The notes under the pieces are model-generated. The model made no database searches. It was not told where the DNA came from and saw only the letters and a program-made list of their open reading frames with translations. A stretch of 58,663 nucleotides of DNA, counting the filler, from Sphacelaria rigidula (lineage: Eukaryota): assembly GCA_964200075.2 (NCBI GenBank). It is 3 parts of 3 records of this genome, joined end to end, with 100 filler letters (N's around TTAATTAATTAA, not from the genome) between each part and the next. Parts side by side here need not be neighbours in the genome. Positions count along the whole stretch, not along the records: positions 39,178 to 58,663 come from CAXNAA020000660.1; 2 more parts are not named here. One strand, 5' to 3'. A program made the position numbers and the translations under genes. Positions 48,449-58,663 of the stretch are shown in pieces; positions within the stretch are counted from its first letter, which is position 1, and the number at the start of each line of letters is the position of its first letter.

Positions 48449-49482
48449 ATGTCAGCGGCACACGAGGTAATAATGTATATCTATTCTACTCATTGCGGTG
48501 ACACCTTCAGGGCATCGTAATCCGCCGGCGATTGGTGGATGAGATGAACGAACACTCCGCCCCTGAACATGTTTCGGGAGGCGATGAAACTGTCGCATCC
48601 CGAGAACGGTAGATGGGGACGAAATACAAAAATACGCAAACGAGGTAGGTAAAGTGCACACCATCTGGCGACACCTCTTACATGTCCAGGGTAATCGTTG
48701 TTAGTGTCAAAGAGGCGGAAACGGCAGATGACACCCGGTATACCCCCTGAGGCACTGTGACCATGTTCGGGAGGAAAGGCGTCAATTCCGTGCACGGGGG
48801 ATTTTGTTTTTGCAATTTCCCCCAATTACGATTGCACACAAAAACAACAGTACTGCTGTCATAGTGAGGGGCATGGTCGTTAGTCTTTAATACCGGCTGG
48901 TTTCCGGTGAATGCCCAAAATTTACTCCCCAGCGATTTCCAAAACGGGTGTCTAGACCCTGAAATTTTGCATACGTTTACTATGCGATATTGCAGAACCT
49001 TCGATGAATGGTTATATCTTTGCTTCTTCTTTCGCCAAATATCCGATGTCCCAGGGGTCCCGGGGACCATATGGTCTCGTGGGATCTCAGACTTCTGGTG
49101 GTCTTCACGCCGGGACCCCCGGAAGTCGTTAGAGAGCGGATAAACTTGTGGAATATTCTTGAACGATTTCCTCTCACCATTTGGAGCACCTATACCTACC
49201 AAATTGCCAAGTTTGAGGATGGTCGGAGCCTTTCTACTGCCAGCACTAAGGAAACCGCCACGAGGATCTCCGGCTGTTTGATGCACTCGTCTTATCAGTG
49301 GAACTCCGACCACACCGAAGCACCACATAACCCAAATACCGCGGTTTGAAGTGTAACTCGATCCCGTACAAACCATTTTCAAAATCGTTTTTTCGTTAAG
49401 TTTCCTATAGTAGCTTATGCCGGTTACCAAGGTTTGAATCATGATGAGATCGGGAAGAGCTTGTAGCGGGGATGCGTATGTG

Positions 49483-52400
49483 TCATGTCAGAACAGTTTG
49501 AAAGCCCCTGATCGGCCGAGTAACGTCTTCACTACTGGCTCCACAGCAAGCAAGGTCGCAAGAAAATTCTGGCTCTGTCACACTCTTCGCTTGCTCGTGA
49601 GCGTCACTACAGGACGCGATAGCGCTTAAGAGATTACCTGTTAAAAAATAGAGGCTCAGATGTTTCAGATTTGAACAAACTGATGCCAGGAAATGTTGCT
49701 CAAATCGGAGCGAAAATAAGGATAAGAAATTGAAAGACGTAAGACACTCGGCGGATAAAAAATCTATCATCGGCACTGCCGCCTTGGGAAATAAGAAATT
49801 GGTCCCATACCCATCAGCCTCTCGACGATAGAGGTGGGGGGCATACTCAAGCAACAAAAGAGTACGCCCCCCGCCTCTACCCCCCCTCCCCCCCCCCCAA
49901 GAAACTGGCGTTCAAGGAATTCATCATAGCACGTGTACGGAAAGTAAGAAATTGGCTGGAAGAAATTATGCTTGACTCGGTGATGAGAATAAATCTTGAG
50001 CCTCGCCTCAAATTAGAGTTTCTTGAGCAGTGACGCCACCTTTATGATACCAAATATATTTCTATCGGATTAGCATTTCGTTCTGTATCTAGTGGGGAAT
50101 AAATTTGGGGTGTTCACCGTCAACCAGCCTGCAGGCCAAAACGGTGCCTTCGACACTCACATACGCTAGGTACCACCCCGAGAAACGACGGCTTCTTTCC
50201 AGCTATTTCCAACTTCCGTGCCGAACCGTTCACCTCCCTACCGAATATAGCTCCAGTAACGCTTTCCTCTATACAGCGCCGTACTCTCAGGAGTCATGTA
50301 TTTATTTTCGAAACCCGGACTCTCGATACGTTTTGGAGTGTGTTACAGTACATCAGCCCGACAAAGCAAAAAAGGTGGTTTATCTCAGAATGGAAAGAGT
50401 TCAGCAGATAACAACCCACTCCACACACTCACGATCATTTGCAGATAAATAAGGCATCGATATTCCAAAACCACACAAGGATGGGTAAAAGATACAACAC
50501 GACTGTGCTCAATACAGCAACTAGAGAACGCAGGCACACCCACGCACGCTCACTTCCGGCGTGAAAAAGGCAAGCAAAAGACATACCATACCTTGGAACA
50601 ACACGCTATTAATAGCACACGACAGAAAAACGAACGCACCTGAGGAGTTGACGTCGCGCGGGTTGGTGTACGTTTCGGAATTGCCGCCGCGGTTCTCTTT
50701 GCCAACGCCGTTGTTACTCCTATCGGTGTTCGCGCGAGCCAGTGTATCGGGTCGTCGTTGAGCCCTGGACGAGGGATACCTTCCGGATGAATCGGTGGAC
50801 ACCTTCGGCGTGGTGGCGCTGCTACTAGCGTTCGGGTACACGTGGTTCAGGGGTACCCCTCGGGACAGGAACCTGTACATGTGCCGTCGTGTGATTGGAT
50901 AAAACAGGGCAAGGAGGCAGTGGGGGGTTGAGAAAGAAAATCTGCGCTTGTTGATGGAGATCTAAAATGCGTCGAAGCACCGAAGCAGTCGTTATTTGGG
51001 ACGCCTGTCAGGGAGGAGCCTTCACAACGCGTGGTCAACGTCGATCGCACATTTCACCGTAGACATCGCGCCCACGAACAAATGATGACTACAGTATGAC
51101 GTGTGATATCATGAGGGGTAAAGTGGGCGGGAGAGGCAGGGGAGGGGGCGGCAGGGAATCGTCAAGGGACAAAAGAACGCTGGGGGTGCTGATCAATGGC
51201 ATTCGATCAAGTCGTACATGCTATTATTATGTACTGCAGTACAACAGCTGTAGACGCCCTCAATACTCTATTATAGTAGTAGACCGGGAAACGCGTGGCG
51301 ACTGTGACGATCACATCCACTCTACAAGAAAAACGAATATGTTCACTGTTGGATACACCAAAACCGCGGCCGGCAAAATTAAAAAATAACGAACGAAGAA
51401 AGACATTTCCAAGGCGCGCGCAATACTCTTAGCAGAACCAGACAGGCAGCAGTACTATAAGACTGTATCACCCGCCGCCGCTCCTCCGTCGTCTAAGTGG
51501 TTACACATCCACGGGACGGGCCAGCCAAGAAACCCGCATTCCGTCGGCACACGACCGTCTTTTTCACTTTCCCAACTCAGCCCCATGTAAGTACGTCGTT
51601 GTGAACTGCGGACCAACCTGCTCATCACACGCTCTGCAGCTGAAATATGTGCCTATATGTACTGCATAAGACATGACCTCAGAGACGGAACTAGATTTTT
51701 CTAAAAAAAGGCGCGTGTCGGGACCTGAACTCGTGATCTTCCGCCGTGACTGCGATTTCCCCCTGTACCAGCTAGACAACGGGGTGCAGCGGTATCCCTC
51801 CAAAAAAGAGGATATCTTAGCCAGTTTTAGGCGTTTTAAGCGGAACGTATACGAGGACTTTCTACACGCAACTTGGCAATTCTTCGCGGAAGCAGCCAGC
51901 GTTTTCTCCGCCGCGATAGAAATTTCGATCACTCTAGTTTTCTGCTTTCTTCACTTGGCTCCTTCCGCTGTTTTTCGCATATTGATGTCATCAAACTCTG
52001 GTCAAAACTTTAGCTTGTAACTCCTAAGATCGAGGAGGTCAAAGCTGTTGAACTCCCAATAAAAGCCCATGGCTGACTCACCTCGTAGTCACTCAAGGCG
52101 GAAGGTCGCGGGTTCGCATCCCGACTTACTATCACGGTTATTATTAGTAGTATTACAACATCATTAGTATTAGTAGTAATATTATTATTTTTACATCTGT
52201 TTCTACCATCATGATTTTCCGCAAATGAGATTCATCCCTCGAACCCGTAGTCACAGATAGATGTAGGCTCACTACTCCAGTACCGTCACTATTACTTCTT
52301 TCATGAGACAGGAGAGTTTAATGGGCGATTTTTACGAAGACTCCGAAGAAAGAGGCAAAAACAAACTGAAGCAACAAGAGAGGGACGTCAAAAAAACAGG

Positions 52401-55123
52401 AGATAAAAAGCTGCCCCCCGAGTTCGTCGGAGTGTGGTGAAACAAAAAAAGTTAGATCTGCCAATAAAACCGAAATGAACCGTTTTTTTAAAGCGAAATC
52501 TGTTTTTCGTTGAGAGAGGAGATACGAGGAACACACAGACTAAGATCACTGAAAGTCGACGGGATGCGATAGTGTTAATGTCATGATCCAATTCTCGATA
52601 GCGAACTGTGAGGCACGTACGGAGGAAGGACGGATTCATGTGTTGAGAATACGGACTCGCCCCGACAATAGGGACAACAACACGGTGCATGCCGCCCGTG
52701 CAGATGGGTCGGTGGAACAGCGTTCGTTCGCTGGCGGACCAGAATATTGTCTCAAAGTGCTGTGTCCATTTTGTGGCAACTATTCATATGACTTTCTCAG
52801 GTGCCTTGTGAACGTTGGTGTGCTCGACTTCTCCAAGTGTGTGAAGCGTGATCGATTGAAATAAGTGTGCTGTACTCACGATGGAACGAAGTCGGCAAGT
52901 GATGTCGGGCTCATGTTGTTGCCCTTGTTTCCCTGGACCTTGTCGTCATCGAAATCCTGGTTTTTGTTTTCAGACAAGTACAGAGCGCAAGCAAGGACGA
53001 AAACATCAAGGGGGTATGCAACATCCACAGCGCCGGTGGACATCAAGGACGCCCTGTTTCTCGTTTACATTCCAGCAATAGTAGTAGCAGTGACACAAGA
53101 ACGACGAGACTTTAGCGGTCGAGGCAAAAAAAGTAGCAAAAGTACCGAATTACACGGGGCGCGCGGGGGGGGGTACGCTGTCCTCACTTCAAGTAGGGGT
53201 TGGCTGGCTTGCTTGTTGGGCTGTCAAATACCAAGAGAGACCTTGAGCTGTGATCCCCACGCCCCCCTCCAGCACAAAGGTCTTCTCCACACGACAGCCC
53301 CCTCTTCCCACATCGGCTGCAGCGTACATCAAACCTTCCACTCTTGTCTACCCCGGACAAGACACCGAATTTCCAACGTTCATGTTCGTTTTTCAACGGT
53401 GTACGTTTCCGATTTTCCCCACCAAGCATTTCCCAACGTTTTCAAACGAGTTTCAACCACGGCCCCCGTCTACTACCACCAGAACAAGAATCGCAGAAGG
53501 GCTAAGACATGAAACGGACCCAGACTACCGGATAGACAGTAGAAACCGACCCGCGTTGCGTCACATACCCGTGTCCTCTTGACTCCAGCTGCCTTCATCG
53601 ACGGGCCTGCACGGCTCGGCACGAAACCTCCGCGTCCAACACTGCTTCCTCTCCCTGTTGCCCACGTTGCCACGGCGAAAGCAGAAGGGCAGATGGTGCT
53701 GGATGGTGCCATCGTAGGGAGAGGAGGAAGAGTAAGGAACGGACCGTGGCGGGGGCTGCTTTCGACTGATGCATCCGAGCGTAGCCCGTCGTCAGTGATG
53801 CTGCTGCTGCTGCTGCTGCTGCTGCTTCTCCTGCTGCTGTGGTAGATGGCGGACCAAGCAGAGGTTTGACAAACAAACCGCTTTCGTGAATTCGCATGCT
53901 TGTGAAATTTGTGAATGCCAGACATCATGTTACCCTCACACGTGTTCTGGATCGTCTTGAGCTATTCACAGCTTTGTTCTTTCAGGTGAGAACCCTCGTT
54001 GAGTTGGCGGAGGAAATACGGTAACTAGATCTAGTCAGAGTTTGTCATGGTTCGGAGATTGTGGAGGTGCCGCAGATAATAGTTGTCGTGATTTTCAAAA
54101 CTAGAAATTGACACCCCGGTCTACTCTTGGCGGGTGACTTTTCATTTATCGGCGGTGATTCGTTTGCCGTTTTACGTCATTCAACACTCCCCCCGTCATC
54201 ACTGCCATATTTCCAAATTGTGTAAATTATGGTAGTTCGAGCTTTCACAGAGGAGGCAATGCACACAAACGAATACTAACCCTGCCTGCAGTACATGTGT
54301 GTATCACATATATATATATATATTCATATATTACTCGGTGTTCAACTTCAGTTCTTCAGCATGAAGTATTCCTCACACCCCATGCTATTTTTGTGCCCTT
54401 TTCTTGTTTCTCGTTCCCATTTCCTGCTTGCTTCTTTCACTTGGCTGCAATTTCCAGCACCCCCTAGGCCGACGGTAACTACACCGGCAGCAGCTCCGGC
54501 TCCATCAGCCCCCCCGCCTCCCACCGCGGCGATGCCAACAACGATGTAGTCCTCAACAGGTGAGTCAACACATTACCTGAAAAAAAATACTGCATGGCCT
54601 CACTTAATACATTAAGTTGGATTGGTCAAGAGACGGAACACCTCAGGCGGCCTTAAGAGTCCCTTGCCTGTATGCGAGCAACATATAAAAAATTATCAGT
54701 ATCGAGATTGTTGTTTCTAGTTTTGCCTCACCCAGTGGCTGTGCCTGCAGCCGCGGAAAGAGCACCCTTTGTCTTCATGACGGCTAGCGTAATCAATTGA
54801 TCGAGGGTCACGGGGCGACCCTCCTCTTCGGCAAGTTTCTGTAGCTTCTCCACCTTCTTACAGAACTTCTGACCGTGAGTGCTGCACTCCAACCAGCCGT
54901 GTTGTTCCGTTGAGTGTTATCGTTTGATGGCACAGCGTGCAGCCGTTGGATCAGCGGCCAGCCGAGGGAACGGAGAGGTGGGGGGGGAGGGGGGGGGGGG
55001 GGGGGGCCGACAGACGACCAGGCAGACAGACAGATCAACGGACGGAGACAGGGGNNNNNNNNNNGGGTGTGTGGGTGTGGTGTGTGGTGGGGGGGGCGCG
55101 AGGGGGGGGGGGGGGGGGGGGGG

Positions 55124-55179
<56 letters not shown>

Positions 55180-57516
55180 GACAGACGACCAGTCAGACAG
55201 ACAGATCAACGGACGGAAACAGGGGCAAGTGTGGAAATAGGAAGAGGCAGAAGGAGAAAGAGGCAGAGGTGAACGCACAAGGAGACTGACGGAGGCAACC
55301 AGAATCAGAAATATTATTAACATCGCCGAAGGGAGTCATACACCTTGCAGTACCGAACAGATGACGAAAAAATACGTTTGGTCCACTCGGCGCTTTTTTC
55401 TAGCTTTCATGTTATCACGGTTCATCTGCAGCTCGAATGTTGCGACATCTACATGCGTCACACACGGCGAGGGCTTGGATGCAGGGGGGGTCAGCAGTGG
55501 GTAGAGTGTGTTTTTGTGTCGGCATTTCACATTTTGACAGCTAACCTAGTGGACAATAACCTCTTCCTATTATACCGCCAGACCGTACACTGAACGAGCG
55601 TGGTTCCCTTGTCCTGAGAGCACATTTCCAGGACTCATCTCGCAACGTTTGCCGCGGTGTATAGAATTTGCCGGTACAGGTAGCACCGCACAATGGTACA
55701 ATTGCACTACCGTACTATACCGCGGTATCATCACGAGGCCGTGCTTCCTATTTACTGTGAACACCCGTACCGCGAATCTTTGTTGCCATACCGTGCCAAA
55801 CCGTACAAGATAACACCTGTAGCACGTCGTACCGTACAGTCAATCACAAACGCAGCACCGCGCTTGTACTGTGGAACTGCAGAATCATTCAATATAAACC
55901 ATCGAATACCGGCTGGTGATGAGATGCGCATGGCTCGAAGGTCGGCGCTCAGACACCAACTGCGGTTGAGCATCCAAATCCCAGAATTGTGAGTCCGATG
56001 ATGCGTGTTACCGCGGCAGGGCATACCGAGGTGTCCGATCAACACCGACACAGCGATGGCTTCATGTTACCGTGGAGAAACACGCAGTGGTCGGGCCAGT
56101 ATCGTACCTTACCTTGATATCAGGAACCACATACATATGTACACACAAAGCATAGATGCCGTGGTACCGAGATATATCGAGATGGCAAAATGTCAATTCG
56201 TACTTATACCGTACCGTTTACAACAGGTACCGCACGCCGTATACCGCTGTGGTGCCGCGGGAATCAAATGCCGTACCATTCGATCAAGTTTCAAATAGCG
56301 GCTGTCCCGAGGTAAGAGGTAAGCCTTGGACGTTTCCAGTGTTATGGTCTACCCAGTGTGTGGCGATGTCTACTCATGATACGAAATCGACTCAGTGATG
56401 GCGTTGTCATATCCCCACCTCTGCTTCTTGAAGACAATTGAGGCTATAATGCCTGAAAACTGACCATGTATACCATACTATATTCAATATCCAGATAGAA
56501 GGGGACAACTAGTGGGATTCAAGTTTTACTTGAGATGCAGAAGGGACGAAATATACTGTACATTCGCTCGATGTCAAGCAAAAACGTCGTGGCAGCTGAA
56601 CTTGCTGAACTAGCTGGCAGCACGAACACCTCATTGTTTCAAGAAGGGGAGCGGGCGAGAGTGTACAGGCAGTATCTAGAAGGGGGGGCTTTCTACGATA
56701 TCCTCCCCCCCAGAAGTGGCAGGTTTGGGGAGGCGCAATCGAAACGTACGCGCACAACGAGCAGCTGTAAATTCCCACGCTTGGGTTCGTTTCCGCCAAC
56801 GTCACCCGTATGAAGCGCTTCATGCAGCCCGAAACCAAACATGAGGTGCTGTATGCCCATTTTCTTCGTGACAGTCGTGGGCTGCTTTTTGGGGGGGTGG
56901 GGGGTATCGTAGAAATATTCAAGGACACCGCATAGTTTGAGAGTATTGTTACGGCAGTAGCGGTCTGCCAGCAAGGACCTTGTAATGCGTGAGAGGACCG
57001 CGTGCTTAGAGGACCGCGCCGTAGTTCAAAACACCTCAGCATCGACGTTTTTCAAAACCAATCGGGTCAGTCCCTGGAGGTACCACGCCCCTAACCTTAA
57101 CCCCAACACTAACCCTAACCCTAACCCTAACCCTAACCATAGGGATGTTCAAATTCCGATGCGGTTCTCTAAGCACGCGGTCCTCTCACGCATTACAGAC
57201 CTCCTCTTCGACCCGAGACTCGACACATTTGTCTCCATTGCCAACGCTGGATGGAGTTGGAAAAAGTGAAATCGCTATGGTGTCGTGTTGACTGTGTCGC
57301 CTTGTGCTATACCGCTGTGAGCAAATCGCCATTGCTATATCAAGCTTTTTGATCTTGCTGTTGTCGTCGTTGTCGTCGTCGTCGTTGTTGTTGCTGTTTC
57401 TCACCGGATCTGGATGACGGTGCGCGTGGGCACGAAAGACTGAATCTTCCCCCAATCCTTCCAGTGGCGTCGAGTGGCGTCAACGAATTTCACGTGCTCG
57501 TCCGTGGTCCATCGTC
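49483..57516 (-). CDS. Myb-related transcription factor, SHAQKYF class (single repeat); 5' exon(s) unresolved
   Basis: Exons 57516-57405 (GRWTTDEHVKFVDATRRHWKDWGKIQSFVPTRTVIQIR), 54881-54732 (THGQKFCKKV…), 53836-53569, 52956-52880 (MSPTSLADF), 50872-50640 and 49637-49483 (stop) join in phase. The Myb domain is secure; the downstream exons are less so. Confidence 0.75.
52060..52190 (+). repeat. Possible tRNA-derived SINE remnant
   Basis: T-arm/B-box-like GGTCGCGGGTTCGCATCCCG is followed by a (TTA/TAG)n-type tract. No complete cloverleaf. Confidence 0.3.
56690..56915. mobile_element. MITE with TTTCTACGA…C-run termini (copy 2)
   Basis: TTTCTACGATA…TATCGTAGAAA termini and internal identity to 39657-39915. 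Confidence 0.65.
56981..57197. mobile_element. TGT…ACA MITE with 5-bp TSD and internal (CCCTAA)n (copy 2)
   Basis: Same ~37-bp TIR (one mismatch). Perfect TSD GACCT. Internal CTAACCCTAACCCTAACCCTAACC. Confidence 0.88.
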
Positions 57517-58603
57517 CTGTATGTTTGGAAGCACACCAAGAAACAGCGTACAAATACGCACGCACTAAGTTGGTGAATCGTTTGCATCCCATACATGGGG
57601 AAAGCAGGTACGGTACAGCAGTCAGACTTCCTCGTATTGCGTTTTGAAGCAATCGTCTGTTCCATCAGCAGCCGGTACAAGTATGATCGCCAACACAAGA
57701 AATCTTCAGAGGTAGGTAGGCCTCTCTGTCTGATGCAAGGGGGAGTGGCAACGGTGCTGTCAAGGCAAAAGTTTACGTCTGTGACCATGGGTTCGAGAGA
57801 CCGGGCTAATGTGCGACAATGATAACGATCTCAGAGAAACACGGTAGCGTGATTTCGGGCTTGCTTGAGAAAATGTTCGCCCGGCCTCAAGTCAAACTGG
57901 GCACACTAAAATTCAAAGAGTGCGCTATTAATAGAGCCCTCGAAGAAAGTGCAGCGACAAGCCTTTGTGAGGTGGCACAACCCACCGAACCCCTTATTCT
58001 GGCGAAAATTCGCACTGAATTCGCTACGTTAGACTTTTTGCAGAGATCTTTTCGTACTACAAAAAAAAACAGCATCGAACGATTTTTCCGTCCCTTGGTC
58101 TCATGCAAAGGAAGGACCACGCAAGAATGAACGGCAGGATGTTGTTGGCTGCACTTTAATGGCGTTCGAACCACGGTAGAAATTTTTCTCGTGGCCTCTC
58201 TGTGGAATGGAGGGGTAGTCGGAAAGGCAAGGATCGACCGGTAACTATATGCTCCTTCTTTGCCATGAGTTACGCATTTTACGCATGCACGGGCCCTTGA
58301 CCGTGTCCGTTGCGTACGCGATAACTTTCGTAGAATAGCTTGCGGTTCTTTAACTAAACTTTCTTTTTCCCTGCTCGCGCTCTACCCTGTATGGGTCAAC
58401 GGCCGAGAAAGAATCATGCCGCCCGATGATGGCGGCAATATGCCCCTATTCCACCGCACAAGAAAGGTAGAGTAAGCAAAACAAATAAGAGAGAACACTC
58501 TTGTGCTGACCTTCCTCCTGTGGGACCCCGGTCGATGCGCTTACAGGTACCGAAAGGTAGACTGGTGTCCAGAATGCGTGAGATGACAACGCAATCACAA
58601 CAC

Positions 58604-58663
58604 ATGCATGCCATAGTCATCAGATCATTGATCTCGCATCCCTACAAAGCCGGGACGGAGCAC
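58604..58663 (-). repeat. Copy of the C-tract-flanked dispersed repeat at window end
   Basis: Reverse complement closely matches 1-55 and 19375-19432. Confidence 0.8.

Noticed and set aside
48678-49442. 254-aa minus-strand ORF
   Set aside because: No recognisable motif. It looks like repeat-derived sequence, and no phase-consistent link was found.
52060-52135. Functional tRNA gene
   Set aside because: Only the T-arm/B-box is recognisable; no acceptor stem or D-arm pairing.
54808-55323. Poly-Pro / poly-Gly ORFs (also 47537-47963)
   Set aside because: Translations of G/C homopolymer runs spanning Ns, located in intronic or repeat DNA.
55670-56285. Region enriched in TACCG/ACCGT motifs
   Set aside because: Probably a decayed repeat. 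No termini, TSD or second copy could be defined.
57090-57140. (CCCTAA)n as evidence of a chromosome end
   Set aside because: The tract is short and enclosed by TIRs and a TSD, so it is interstitial and transposon-borne.

Overview
This is intron-rich eukaryotic nuclear DNA. The many short GT/GC-AG exons, kb-sized repeat-filled introns and a stramenopile-type SHAQKYF Myb suggest a stramenopile, probably a brown alga (inference). The window is three contigs joined by artificial N-TTAATTAATTAA-N spacers at 19490-19589 and 39078-39177, so adjacency across them is not biological evidence. Splicing the exons by hand gives six protein genes. (1) A galectin-domain + RRM fusion protein (+, 3940-5957, 5' end unresolved). 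(2) An intronless SRP-receptor beta subunit with an unusually long N-terminal extension (-, 8507-9541). (3) Divergent from it, a 10-intron HAL2/SAL1-type 3'(2'),5'-bisphosphate (PAP) nucleotidase with a possible plastid-targeting leader, flanked on both sides by thioredoxin-like domains that lack the CxxC motif (+, 9833-16091). (4) The last exon of a mitochondrial EF-G2-like gene (-). (5) The 3' half of an ABCA transporter (+, 19811-37889). (6) A SHAQKYF-class Myb-related factor (-) with two possible 3' ends. Non-coding DNA holds several non-autonomous DNA transposons, including a TGT...ACA element with 5-bp TSDs and an internal telomeric (CCCTAA)n tract, an intronic 176-bp foldback, retroelement-like 3' tails, and a short C-tract-flanked repeat found at five of the six contig ends. 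The most interesting candidates are the galectin-RRM and Trx-HAL2-Trx architectures. No database searches were possible, so novelty is unverified.
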